A stretch of 59,206 nucleotides of DNA, the filler included, from Sphacelaria rigidula (taxonomy: Eukaryota): NCBI GenBank assembly GCA_964200075.2. It is 8 parts of 8 records of this genome, joined end to end, with 100 filler letters (N's around TTAATTAATTAA, not from the genome) between each part and the next. Parts side by side here need not be neighbours in the genome. Positions count along the whole stretch, not along the records: positions 22,242 to 29,554 come from CAXNAA020015490.1; positions 29,655 to 36,967 come from CAXNAA020015491.1; 6 more parts are not named here. One strand, 5' to 3'. Of this stretch, positions 24,829-37,067 are shown piece after piece. Positions within the stretch are counted from its first letter, which is position 1, and each line of letters begins with the position of its first letter. The notes below the pieces were generated by a model. It saw only the letters and a program-made list of their open reading frames with translations. It was not told the DNA's origin and did no database searches. The position numbers and the translations under genes are program-made.

Positions 24829-24920
24829 GGGTACGTCTATCATATCATGTGGATAATGACCACGACTGGATCATGATTCCTGGGAGATTAGTTAGGGTGC
24901 GACAACCAAATAATCAATCA
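24829..24920 (+). mobile_element. LINE/SINE 3' end with (CAAT)n tail, copy A
   Basis: GGGTACGTCTAT...GACCACG(A)CTGGA...GTGCGACAA followed by CAAT repeats; T-rich region upstream. Confidence 0.7.
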
Positions 24921-25437
24921 CATCAAACCGTAGATGAACAATTTACGTCGTGCTCTTTTGCGTGGAAGAGCCCCCGGTGCACACGGGGTCTCCTGGACGT
25001 TGTCTACCCAGTGTTCAAGGGGCAGCAAGCCTCCTCGGTCCCTTGTGCAGCCAACTGTAACCGTCCGAACGTGATGCACTTTGGACGTACGTGTTTCATC
25101 CCGCCAGGCAAGGCCCCCCGCGAACGAGATTTGGCCCTCACAGATAATCTTCTCGATGCGTTTGCAATCGGTCATCCCCAGCACATCTCTGTACGAGAGA
25201 TTGTTGCAGCCAGTTCGGACTCCAATCACCCGCAACAAGAGCTTGTGGTGGATAGCGCGCCCACTGTCCGAGTCCTCGGGATGCAGCGTCCATATGGTAC
25301 ATCCGTGCAGCAGTGCTGCCCACTACCTCCGCTTTAAGCAGCATGATTTGTAGAGGTAGCTGAGCGTTGGGCCGATCGTATAGATGGGAACTGTCCTTTT
25401 GGAGGCGTGCCCCGCCCACACAGCGCTGATGCGGCAT

Positions 25438-25545
25438 CTGATTTGATTGTCGCACTTTAACTGACCCACCTGTTAATTTTGATCCAACCGTGGTCTCATG
25501 ATAGACGTACCCAAGAAAAACGAAACTCGAACACGCTCTCAGGAA
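25438..25545 (-). mobile_element. (CAAT)n-tailed 3' end, copy B (variant loop)
   Basis: Reverse complement reads GGGTACGTCTATCATGAGACCACGGTTGGATCAAAATTAACAGGTGGGTCAGTTAAAGTGCGACAATCAAATCA. Confidence 0.8.
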
Positions 25546-27733
25546 AAAAAAAAATCGATAGAAATATTTGTATCTGCGCTGACAGCGCCGTCAAAGTGGA
25601 CATACACGGTCACCTGCTCATGCCGTTGACCTGCCGCGGTCATGTGCAGTGCGGTTCCTGCGGAGCTGAGTACTGACCACAGGCGCATGGACTCTGTCTT
25701 GCTCTCCGATACCGTCAGTCCGGACTTCTGACAGGCCACCACCATCACAGCCATCATTCATGCACGCCTGTCTGGGAACCTCGAGACCATTCAGGCGTGA
25801 TCCGCATGCAGCATTCCCTGCACCGCGTGCCACACCTTTTCCAGCGGGGTCTTTGTCAGGGGTGGTCATCATCCCCACCGTCGGGGCGCATCATCTAGGT
25901 ATACCAAGTCTGAGACGATCGATGGCTAGCTTTGCCGCGAATCGTTGTAGAATGCGGTCGACCAAGGTTGCACCGAAGGCGTTGAACAAAACCGGGGACG
26001 AAGCGCATTTTGTGCCTGAGTTCCTGGCAGATGTGGAACCACGCTGACAGGTCGCCATCATCCAGCTGTACCCAAGCCCGCAGGCCATCGTAAAGCATGC
26101 TGATGACCTTGATCATCCGCGGCGGGACTCCGAACCGGGCAAGCACGTATCAAAGGAGCGTGCGGTCCACGGAGTCGTATGCTCTCTGCAGGTCAATAAA
26201 ATACATGGTTGGTGGGATATAGCTCGCCCGTCCCAACTCATGTAGTCGACGTACCACGAATATCATATTGGTGGGCAATCTTTGGCGTCGGAATCGGCAA
26301 TGCTTCGGGGAAGGCCCCTGACTCGTCGCAGAAACTCACGACCCCATTGGCTACGATTTTGAGGAGAGCTTTACCAGCATGTGCAACGACGGAGAGGTCC
26401 CTGTAGTTGCCACACTAGGTCCTATCTTTCTTCTTGTGTAGCACTTTGATAGGGCCGTTATTGCACTCCCGCGACACTTTGCCAGTTGTCCAAACAGCGG
26501 CGATGATGCTGTGAAATTAGTACAACTTCCCCGGACGCTCCCCCACTAACTCAAGCTGAAGGAGTTCGTTCAGCAGGTAGCCCGCCCGGGCCCATCGCTT
26601 CGCCCTTAGCCATAGCTCTTGGGCCTTCTCCAGTTTCAACTGGGCTTGGCGGGTCTCCAAGTGACAGCGCTATCTATCGGTCGTTGCGCAATGTTCTCTA
26701 CGACAGCTCGATCGACCTTTGCCGATATGGCGTTCACCAATGCGAACAACTTCCGTTACCGTTCCCATCTCTCACAAATTGGACCTTCGTCCTGCAGTAG
26801 GTTCCCGTTCTCGTTCTCGATATATTACTCCCTCTCAGGTTTTCGTCCTGCCAGAATCCACCCTCCTCTAGGATTTTTGTACCATCCTGCCATGCTCCCA
26901 ACTCTATTAAACTCCAGCTCCGTACCATGCACGGCCAGGAACCTGTCCACCCGAGCTTGGATAACCTCTTTGATTCCTCCACGCTGCTCTCAAGGTGCGC
27001 CACGCGGGGGTACCTACCGGTCCTATTCGCACCGTCGACCTCACCCTTTCCCTCTCATCCAAGACCTGTTCGGCCTCCGCTCGGATGGCAGCATCTTTGA
27101 GCCACCCCGCTATAGATGCCGTTCGGGTTCGATGGGGAACCACCTTCTCAGCGGAGCTCGGGAGTTAGTCGGCAAATTTCGCAGTCAATGCACTGGCTGT
27201 ACCCCCAGTTCGACTGCGCTTGAGCTCGCTGATGATGAGCTGGGTGAGTTGCTCATGTGTATCTGTGCCCGGCGTTATTGCCCGCCTGTACATCGGTTTG
27301 CGCCCGACCGAAGTTCGCCAAGGCCTGTTGGATGCGAAGCGACCAAGGAGCCGCGCAGAAGTGCATACGATTTGGTGGTCGGTGTCGGGCGAGTTGGGTG
27401 GTTGAACGTGGACGGTGACGTTGCGAAGAAGCCTGCAGCGATCTTGCAGTGTGAGGACGTGGTCAGTGCGTTTTTGTCCGCGGGACGATTCGCAATACAG
27501 TTGAACGTATGCGACTTGCCCACCTCGGGGGTTGATACCAATGTGTTGGCCAGGGCAACCCTGTTGTCGACTGAGAATTGTAGCAAAGAGATACCCTTGC
27601 CGTCGTCGGCTTGGGGGTCTCGGCTGTATGCCCCCATTATTTTACATCCCTCATTTTTCTGTTCTTAGCCCGTTCTGTTCGACTTTTTCTGTCCCTTCTT
27701 TCTTAATCAACTTTTTCAGTTTTGCTTTGTGTT

Positions 27734-27807
27734 GGGTAGGTCCATCATGTGACCACGGCTGGATGCCTGGGGGGTCAGTTGAAGTGTGGCAATCAATCAA
27801 TCAATCA
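27734..27807 (+). mobile_element. (CAAT)n-tailed 3' end, copy C, inserted antisense in the LINE endonuclease
   Basis: GACCACGGCTGGATGCCTGGGGGGTCAGTTGAAGTGTGG(CAAT)4. Confidence 0.8.
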
Positions 27808-29554
27808 CGCAGTCAATCAAATTCAGTCAGTCCTACGTTAGCGTTGGATCAAAATTAACAGGTGGTGATTGTTAGGAACTAGGTTGACCGTGCCGTCCAA
27901 CCAACCCTGTTCAAAACGAACCTCTCCCTTCCGTGCTTTGATGTGGCTGTAGGGGCATCGACGACTGCAAACGTCACAGCGTTCGGCTTACCTGCGAAGT
28001 TGAAAGTCATCGACCTGAGGCGTTCGCTGATGAGTCCTTGAGTCCAACTCGCCCTACTGATCATCGACTCCTTGACCGCCAACCCCACCCCATGGGCAAT
28101 CGCCAAAAACGGTATACCGACGGTATTTTCGCCAACATCCGGTATAGCTCACACCTCCCCTCAGAAAAGCTACTAATGCAGCCGCCTGATTGGCCACATC
28201 CCGCCGCGTGCGCATTCTGGCGAACACACGGTATACCTGTTTTGGGCAACTCAATTTGGCTTTCACCGGTTTTTGGCGATCGAGACGGTAATGCTTAAGT
28301 TCCCGACCGCCCCCAAACCACACACGTCATCATATTCTATGTTACGTTTCGACGGCTGGCCGTTGGAGATCATAATATCCGGAGTTTCGTTTCGTCTATC
28401 CGATCACCCGCCGTCCTGGAGCTTTGCCCGTCAATCCGACAATAAGCACGCTTTGTCAATCCTTCAACGAATACGCCTCGTCGATCCGACAAAGCACGTG
28501 GTAATCCACGGGTTTGGAGAGAACCTTCAGTTGAAAGCACACGGCACCCTGATCAAACAAACCGTCACCCTCGCAGGAACATGCAGAGTACAACATATCA
28601 CCGCCCACGCGAATCCAACATCAAATGCTCCGACCTAGGGGGACTCTCCCGTTATCGCAGCGTCGCTTTTTTTTCACAGCAGGGATTTGTCTGTCGCCTG
28701 TTGTTGCACGTACCGGCGTACATACACCCACGAGATCATCACTCAAGAAAGGGGGCCACGACTACACGGCAACTATTTGAATCCAAGGGCTTGCTGCCGC
28801 TGCCTGCATGTGTACGGCGCTTCGGCACGTCTCCGTACCTTGTCTGTCTGCACACTGTTTGGCCTTAGTTGTAAACTGTAAGATGTGCAATTAGAGCGTG
28901 TCTTTGCACTTTTCTCATCGATCGGAAAGATGGGGAAGTGGAATCAATCAATCAATCCATCTCTGAGCGAAAATTTCTCGTTTTGATGAAGTTGGGTCCA
29001 GATGTATTATCAAGCTTCCCATCGAATAAAGGCAATGTAGTTCGTGAGACGGTACATGGTCACTCGTCTACAGTACAGTACAGACAGTTTGTACTGTCCG
29101 CACTGCTTGCAAGCAGGGTGCCTTGAGTGCGTGTTTCGTGCAGGGGGATATAGAGGAGAAGCGGGCAATGTGCAGTACAGACAGCCCTGAACTATCAGCT
29201 CTCTCTGCTTAAAATGCAACGTCAAACGGACTTCAGCAACCTCCAGCTTTGTGCTGCCTGCACTGCACATGAGCGTGCACGCAACTCGGTTGCCCACCGT
29301 ACCACGCAGCTCCGTCGCTGATGCCCACCATGAGAGAAGATGCGCAAGTTTTTGCCAACATAAAATAAACAAAGCATACCAACTACAGTGTATCTATCCC
29401 TGTGCTCAACTCGTGCTCTGTGCTGCAGGAATGAGTTGGATGGAGTTTGCATGGTCCTGCAAAGAGGTATTATTTGGCGTGGTGGTTTCGGTCGTAGGTT
29501 CGTGGGCTCGTGACAGCCAGCCAGGAGTACACAGGGCGCCGTGTGCTTTCAACT

Positions 29555-29654
29555 NNNNNNNNNNNNNNNNNNNNNNNNNNNNNNNNNNNNNNNNNNNNTT
29601 AATTAATTAANNNNNNNNNNNNNNNNNNNNNNNNNNNNNNNNNNNNNNNNNNNN
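29555..29654. other. Artificial contig spacer
   Basis: N44-TTAATTAATTAA-N44. Confidence 0.98.
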
Positions 29655-29839
29655 GTATCAGTAGGGTATGAGATGTCCCAAATACCGGTACCGGGTACCT
29701 ACCTTACCTACGGTGCCTGTGGAAGATTGGTAATTGGACTTTTGTATGGGACGATGAGAATCAGTTGAATGCAGTGTGGTCATTCGAAACCCCATACAAA
29801 AGCGACATGTCCATGCTGGGTAGTAAACCTACACTCAAA

Positions 29840-30085
29840 GGGTGTACTCACGATCTTATATGCCGTAGTCACATGGCCATTGACTTCGCATCCCTTCAAA
29901 GCTGGGACGGAGCACGCCGGGTTTTCGCCAGGCAAGGCTCGCAATCAACCACCAAGCGCGGAATGCCGTGATGCGTTGGGTGAGTCGCATGAAGGGTAAG
30001 CTGCATCCTGCTGAGCTTGTTCGGCCCGAAGCGTACCAACTATATTGCATATGGATGACAGCTTACAATGAGTTGCTTCATTTTC
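29840..30085 (+). repeat. Unclassified dispersed repeat 'family X' (other copies 36180-36400 minus, 36900-36967 plus, 39650-40110 plus)
   Basis: Shared DNA and conceptual peptide H.AIDLASLQS.DGARRVFA..G.QS..KR. Confidence 0.75.
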
Positions 30086-30249
30086 TGGTATCGACACTTT
30101 CCGAGACATGACCACGGGTTCCACAATGCCTCATGAACCCTACACTGAGAGGACGCACAATACTTCCTGGATACCACCTCCTCCCCCTCCCGCGAACACC
30201 CGCCCCCTCCCCCTTCCTCGAACACCCCCCCCCTCCCCCCAAGATCACC

Positions 30250-30316
30250 CTGCTCCGTCTCGAAAGGGATGCGTGGTCAATGGTCAAACGACTAAGGCAA
30301 GCAACAAATGAGTACG
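30250..30316 (+). mobile_element. 67-nt LINE 3'-end retrocopy with a perfect 15-bp TSD
   Basis: CCCCCCAAGATCACC at 30235-30249 and 30317-30331 flanks CTGCTCCGTCTCG...AAATGAGTACG; no poly(A) tail. Confidence 0.9.
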
Positions 30317-30386
30317 CCCCCCAAGATCACCAAATTTCAACTTTGTAGGCGATGGCGTCACGTAAAAAAATATGAACACCCTCGGG

Positions 30387-30495
30387 GGGCGGGACGATGA
30401 TTTGAACCGGGTTCGTTTCACTGCTCTCGTAGTGTACCTGCCCTTCATCCCGGAAAGGACCAGGGTCGAGGAGCAGATCGCAGCACTAGCTGCCC
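30387..30495 (-). pseudogene. tRNA-like Pol III relic (tRNA pseudogene or tRNA-derived SINE head)
   Basis: Minus strand: GGGCAG...CCGCCC acceptor-like ends, B-box-like CCGGTTCAAATC, weak A box TAGTGCTGCG, and T7 about 17 nt downstream. Confidence 0.35.
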
Positions 30496-30939
30496 AGTTT
30501 TAATATGGCGTGTTATACTCACAGTGCCTGAGTTTGGTGTGATGTAGGTACCTGTATCTACTCGACTTTTTGGTATCGGGACATCTACACACGTCTGAGG
30601 GAGTGTGGTATTGTTGGTATCGTTTTAACAGTGTCACTGCATAGCAATCCCTCATGACTGATATATATGTCAATGGTCTACTTTGTGTTTCGATTTTGTA
30701 TACGGTTGCACCCCCAGCGAAGATTTCGAGTCTCGGTATCTGACTGCTTTGGCGGGCACATGCATTACGATTGGTGCACGCTCTCTCGCACTATTGCTGT
30801 AACATACCCGAATAGAAGACTCTCTTCTCATGCTTCCGTAGTCTTGGTACTTCCTTGCAGCGTACGTACATAACATATTCCTTCGGTCAGGGTACGTTTG
30901 GGGGGCTTTAATACACCATCACCCCGGCGCATTGACAGT

Positions 30940-33050
30940 CCCGCCGACAGCTGCGGCAAGTGTCGGAAGCACCTGCGTAAGTGTGGCCGACAATTATGTA
31001 CGTCTGACGGCACACTTGACCTGTCGCTTGTGGTGCTGGACAAGAGCGTCGCAGTTTGAAATCGTCGGCGGGACATCTGCCCCTTATGACGACACGTCTG
31101 AGATGTGAGCGAGAATGCGTGCCTTGTGGGCGATACTGTTGAAAGTGTTGCCGATACCCGTCAGCTGTTGGCCACACTGCAGCTATGGCTCATGCGTTGG
31201 CCCACCGTTACGCCGGCGTTAAAACGGCAAGTGTCGCTCGCACGTCCCACACTGTCGCAGACGCCTCCCATATCGTCGCTGGCAACTCCGCAACTATCGG
31301 CTACGGTGGTGTAAATGCCAACCACAGTTGCGTAGGTTGTGGCGATAGTTGTGGAAGTGTGAGCGACAGTGCTACAAGTGTCGGCAGCTATTCCCGTGTG
31401 TAAGCTCAACTGTTGTCAAGAACTGCGCTTCAGTCGCAGACACCTGCGCGAATATCGTCCGCGGTGGCGGAGGGAGATGTCAGCGACAGTTAAAAAGGTA
31501 TACACGGTAGTTGTAAAAGTGTGCGCGATCGTGCCGCATGAGTGGACGATCATCCGTAGATGGGACCACACTACCACCCACATTTACTCTAGCATCTTCG
31601 GCAGTTTAGCAGTCACCGGCAAACGATACCATAGGTGCCGTACACGGTTGTGGAGTGTCGACAGATATTGTGATTTTGTCGATGACAGTGCAGTGAGTGG
31701 CGTTCACCACTCTCAGGTGTGGGCTACGAGTAAAATGTCACTGATACCTCCGCAAGTGCCGTCGATAGCTCCACCACTGTCGCCGATGGCTCCGCAACTG
31801 CCGGCCACAGTGGTGTAGGTGTCGGCGACATTACCGAGGTATCAGCGACGGTTTTAGATGTGAGCTATGGTGTCGCTAGAGTCAGCGACCATCCCTGGCT
31901 GTGGGATGCACTACCGCTCAGACGTTCAAGATGATCGTCGGCCGTTTGGTAATTACATGCGACATCAAAATAGGTGTTGGGAGTGGTTGTGAAGATCTTG
32001 GTGACAATTGCGGAGGTGAATGCAAAGGTGTGGGAGACAGTGTCTCAAGTGTCGCCCACCTCGTTCAGGTGCAGGCGACATGTCGCTGCCACCTTTCGCG
32101 AATCTCGCCTTCAGCTGCTCAATCGTGTCGTCAATACTTGCCGCAACCGTCGGCGCGGTGTCCATCGTAGCTCCACTGCGACCGACACGAGCGACATCTG
32201 TGACCGGAACTAGTGATAACTGGTGCCCACACTGACAGAATTGGCCACCCATCGCGGATCTGCACTAGTCACTTTTTTTATGTTCCGGCGCCACACTTGA
32301 CAAATGTTGGTGGCACTTGCGTGAGTGCCGCCGATATGTGCCGCAACCGTCGGCGCAACGTTCGCGATAGATTTACTGTGGCCGACACGAGCGAGAACTG
32401 TGGGCGAAATGGGCGATACCTGAAGTTCACACTGACGAAATCAGCCACCATAATGCGAACCTATTGCCGGTACTTGTAAAGTGCCGGTGCTATACTTGGC
32501 GAACATTGGCAGCACCGGTGAAGTGTCGTTAACACTTGCCGCAACCGTCGGCGCGATGCCCGCTGTAGCTTCGTTGTGGCCGATACAAGCGGGAAGTGTG
32601 ACCGCAACTGGCGATATGTTGTGTCCAAGCTCGCGGCATTGTCTACCACAGCGAAAACCGTGGCCGGCACTTCTTGCCGGCGCCACATTTGGCGACAAGA
32701 AAAGAGCTGATATAAGTTGCCGCAACTGTTGCCGCGAGTGTCGGCGATGAATACGCGAGTGTGGGGAGTATCTAAGCAAGTGTCGCCGACGTTTTCCGCA
32801 AGTGTCGGCGCGCTCTAGGTGTGTTCATTGTACCCGATACCCGTGGGAACTGTGGCCGGCGCAGTCGAGAGCTGGCGTCCACTGCGGTGGCAACTGGATA
32901 TCACTCCACCGATCTGTCGCTGACACTGTCAGCGCTAGTTGCGGCTGGAAAGTTGCCGGCGTAACTTCCGCCGACAACGGCAAGCTCGGCCGACAGTTGC
33001 GAAAGTGTCGATGGCACTTGCCATAGCTGTGGTCCACACTTGCTGCAGCT
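30940..33050. repeat. Degenerate array of ~21-bp quasi-palindromic units, including three ~200-bp higher-order repeats (32130-32620)
   Basis: Recurrent GCAAGTGTCG(G/C)CGAC and GTCGCCGACACTTGC in both orientations; GCCGCAACCGTCGGCGC at ~32140, ~32340 and ~32538. Confidence 0.75.
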
Positions 33051-35491
33051 GCGCGTACTTATTAGAAATACTATCCCCTCGCTCGCTTCCACTACTGGCG
33101 AGAGTTACCCAAACAACGTACTCTCTGCCGATACTTTCCCAGTATCAACGTTTTGGTGGCCTTGCTACTATACCTCGAGTAAGCTTTGATCTTACAATGT
33201 TTTTACGTGCCTGCTACGTGCATGGTGATTGACGGTTCAGCAGTGCGCGGCTATTCGACAACGCAACGTAAAGTAGCAGGGCATGTTCCAAAAACGAACA
33301 AACATGCCTCTCTCGCTGTGTTCCATGTGTTGGGCGCGTTTGCCTGTGCGGGTGCGTTGGTGGAAGAGGCAGTTCTCGCGAGAAGGCGAAGAGAGGTTCA
33401 TGAAACGAGGATCAAAATCGGGAAAATGTTATATCCTCAGACGTCACGAACAACTTTCGCGGCCAAATTCGGAATCGCCGCTCGAATTCCAGTGTACGCG
33501 AAACATTCTTTCGGAGTGTTGAGAGTGCGGCAGAACCGCCGCGAGGGTGTCGGGGTGCGGAGAGTTGTTTGTGGGCAGAGCCTCGGCGTTTCACTTCCGA
33601 AATAACACGCCTGGTTTGGCCATTGCGTTTGGTGAACCGCGAGCAAACCGGTACATAATCGACTCTTCGGGAGCCATGGTTGCGTGTTGCTGGTGGTTTG
33701 GGTAGCGGCGCGCGCCGGCTCTATGAGCCACATGAGGTCCATGAGTAGTTTATGCCCGCCTACAAAAGGTCGGTAGGGACGTCTAGAGAGGGACTTTCGC
33801 GAATACAAATGCCAGATCCGGCAAACGCCTGGTATTTTCTGTCTAGCAAGAGCACTAGGTGGGTTCGGGGAGGAGGTTCGTATTGCGCATGAGCCATACG
33901 AGGTGAAAATGTGTTATTCCCGCTCATTTTTAAGGTACAGGCGCGTCACATAAGTCCAGTTGATGTGCGTGAAGAATTCCCAGTAAAAAAAAGACTTTCT
34001 GGTGCGTTTTTCCAATTCTGCGTGCATGGCCCAACATAGTGCCTTCTAGAGGCGAACGACGGGAAGGAATACCTGTTTCACACTCAAGTCTACGCAAAAT
34101 ATTATTCCTTAACAGTGTTTCATACACTAGGCGACCGAAAGCGGACACTCGAAAGTTATCCAGGATTAGGGACGAACTTCCTCGCGTCCACGACTGCCGA
34201 TCTTTCTCCCGGAGCGTCTCACGCTGAATATTGCAGCATGTTTCCTCAATAGCTGACTCGCTGCTTTCGTGGTTACAGATGAACACAATCTGCAGAAGAG
34301 TCCGCAACGAAAGGCCTGAAAAAGTTCGTTGTCAGGAAATTTGATCGCATCTGAGATGGACGTTTGCCTCCGGAGCATCTCGTTGTTCCCTTATGGTACT
34401 TGCATATGCGCACATGTTGCGGGCACGGAATCTCCCCTCACGGTACTTGCATGTGTGCACATGTTGCAGTGAAGGGCGCGGAATCATTTCGCACCTCTCA
34501 AACGCGCGCCGCAAACCAACACAGACCATGGTGACGATTTGTGAAATAGTGTAAAAAGTCAGGTTTTATTGTGGAAAAAAGAGGTGGTGGCTGGGGTTCA
34601 CAAACTTCGGTCCTGACGTCCTCCCCAAAAAACAGTACGGTGTAGTTGCTCCAAGGCTCATTCCTGGCGGCGGCGAAAATACGGAAATTTTTTTCTACCC
34701 CTATGTTCTGACCAGCCGCTACGTTTTGACCAGCCGTGAAATTCCCGCTCACATATCCGTTTTCCGTACTTCGCAGACATATCAGGCGCACGAGCTCAAT
34801 GAACTTTATAATTCGGTGTGGAAACCTCGAGCTGACCTAACCATGAACTGAACCGCCTCGTGGTTACTCTAGAAACACTGCGCGAACGACGGTACAAATT
34901 TCAAAGCGTTTGCATGTGTGGCTAACGGATCATTTTCGTAAAAGATATTGAGGGCAGTCTAGAATATATTCTCACTTGAGCATTACAATCCACCGGACGA
35001 CATACTCCCACTTGGATATTACAGTTCCTTCGGACTGCATACCTTCACTGTTGAACAGTTTACATTATTTGTCTATGCTCTACTAGGTTGTCTGATGCTA
35101 AATGTTTCAAATGCTGCTAGAGTGAAGAAGACGTCCATGACGTTTCTGGGACTTGAAAACTCCGGTCCCCCACGCAACGTCCACGAAGAGGTTTTCCCCC
35201 GTCTATTGGGGAGCTTGCTCGAGCTAACCTGGTTCCCGGGAGAAACCACTCTCAACCCAAAGTAAACTTTGTGTGCTTCACACTAGATCCGCGAGCCCAG
35301 ACGCTCCGGCACAGCGCCCGCTGTAGCTAGTCTCCCGTGGGAGCATAGTGTTCTCATTTGGCGTCGACTCCCGAACAAAAGTCTAGTCAGTCGGTGGACG
35401 AATACGCACGAGATGTCATCATTCAGTTCACACGCCTACTCGGTCAAGCTGAACGCTCAGCTGCTGTATTTGAACCCCCCGCGTATTTTGC

Positions 35492-35492
<1 letters not shown>

Positions 35493-35557
<65 letters not shown>
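35493..35557. repeat. (TTA)n microsatellite
   Basis: Directly visible. Confidence 0.97.
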
Positions 35558-35710
35558 GTAAGAGCAAAATGTTGCCAGCTGAGAATCCTGTGTCATTTTG
35601 AGGTAGTGGATTCTTCGGGTCCTTTCGGCACTTGAGGTAATATCCAAACCCAGCGAATTCGTGCTTACCGCAGCTTTTCCGGGTCTACAGAAGTTAACTG
35701 TTGTATTTTA

Positions 35711-35770
35711 TGATTGATTGATTGGTTGATTGTTCACTTTAACTGACCCCCCAGGGATCCAGCCGTGGTC
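35711..35770 (-). mobile_element. (CAAT)n-tailed 3' end, copy D
   Basis: Reverse complement reads GACCACGGCTGGATCCCTGGGGGGTCAGTTAAAGTGAACAATCAACCAATCAATCAATCA. Confidence 0.85.
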
Positions 35771-36420
35771 CTGTGGAGAGAAACACGGTACGGTGCAACG
35801 GACGAGGGTTCCCGGCTTCTGCTGTACTGGACTAGTGTACCGTCACGCCCTGGTGGTCGAAGTGATAACGGTACAATGAGACGGCATAGGGCGAAAGAAG
35901 TGTTCGAAGCCTGGCAGATGCATTTGTTTTTCTTCCTGAGAAAGTAGACGATTTCCGTCGATGAAAGCGGTTGGGACGTGAATAGCAAAGGAAGTAACTC
36001 TGATAAATGTTGACGCGGTGCGGTAGTGTTGGTCATCATCCGATCCGCGGTATCAGGGACGTGATTGGTTGATCTCTAGAGACAGCGGATTCGTCCAGAG
36101 GAAGGGGAGAGGTTGGAAGTGTAACGAAAAAACATGAAGCGTTTCTGGTTTAACGAGCCATGACTAATGCCACGATCCTCCCCCCCCCCTCCTCGACACC
36201 AGCCGAAAACTGTCACGAAGGAAATGATCATACAGCGGATGATACTTGGTTTAAGGTAACATGAAGTGCCTGATATGGGTGACATTGGCGAAAGCGATCC
36301 CAAGCGCGGGAATTCCCAGCGGCTCGTTGTGCCCGGCTTATTTCATTTCGATTTACGTGCAGATTTTGCCTCCCCAAACCGGCCACTCTATATTTTTGGA
36401 GGGGGGGGGGGGGGGGGGGG

Positions 36421-36885
36421 CACCTATTTGTTGCTTGCCTTAGTCGTTTGACCATTGACCACGCATCCCTTTCGAGACGGAGCATCGTTTCTACTCCTAA
36501 TAGAGACACCTCCAACGTTTGGGTGCTCATGACGTTTCTTCCATATATTACACAAAATCTTTTTCGTATCTTATCCCCGCCCTTTTTCGCCGGCTGTGGC
36601 CACCATCTATCTCCTAGTATAGCCATCGTGCTCTCCCTACTATCTAGTGCATCAAACGGTTTCATGCCACCTTCCTTCACGTCCCGTATTTCCCCCTCTA
36701 GCACGTCCCGTTCCTCTCTGTATAGTTCACATTCTGCCACTAGATGACTTCTGCTCTTTGTTGCATTGCCACAGGGGCACTTCTGTGCATCTACTTCCTC
36801 CTCCACTCGACTAGTGGTATATCTCTTCATTCTATCCGGCAGGTCCAGGTCCCCCACCCGAACTTCGCCGCGTCCATTGGGCCAT
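36421..36885 (-). mobile_element. Longer 3' fragment of the C-tract-associated LINE, with a C-terminal CCHC zinc finger
   Basis: RVGDLDLP...CPCGNATKSRSHLVAECELY...ILGDRWW, followed by the same 3' end as the 65-nt copies; flanked by G20 (36401-36420) and a G tract at 36894-36908. Confidence 0.85.
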
Positions 36886-36967
36886 GTAGATATGGGGGGT
36901 GGGGGGGGTGTACTCATGATCATGCATACGATAGTCATCAGGCCATTGACCTCGCATCCCTACAAAG

Positions 36968-37067
36968 NNNNNNNNNNNNNNNNNNNNNNNNNNNNNNNNN
37001 NNNNNNNNNNNTTAATTAATTAANNNNNNNNNNNNNNNNNNNNNNNNNNNNNNNNNNNNNNNNNNNN
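36968..37067. other. Artificial contig spacer
   Basis: N44-TTAATTAATTAA-N44. Confidence 0.98.

Larger units (their letters stand above)
24925..28250 (-). mobile_element. Heavily degenerate, near full-length RTE-like LINE ORF (APE, RT, C-terminus), interrupted twice by (CAAT)n-tailed elements
   Basis: HGVGLAVKES (APE), GAYSRDP...LANT, DLQRAYDSVDR, LARFGVPPRMIKVI, SPVLFNAF, GLTVSESKTE, LRVIG..LSYRDVL. Confidence 0.85.

Noticed and set aside
26619-27668. 349-aa plus-strand ORF as a novel gene
   Set aside because: It is the antisense shadow of the degenerate RTE LINE on the minus strand and has no recognisable motifs.
28300-28700. HDV-like ribozyme in the LINE 5' region (also examined at 20575-20790)
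   Set aside because: I could not identify the nested P1/P1.1/P2/P3 pairings by eye; an RNArobo or Infernal scan would be needed.
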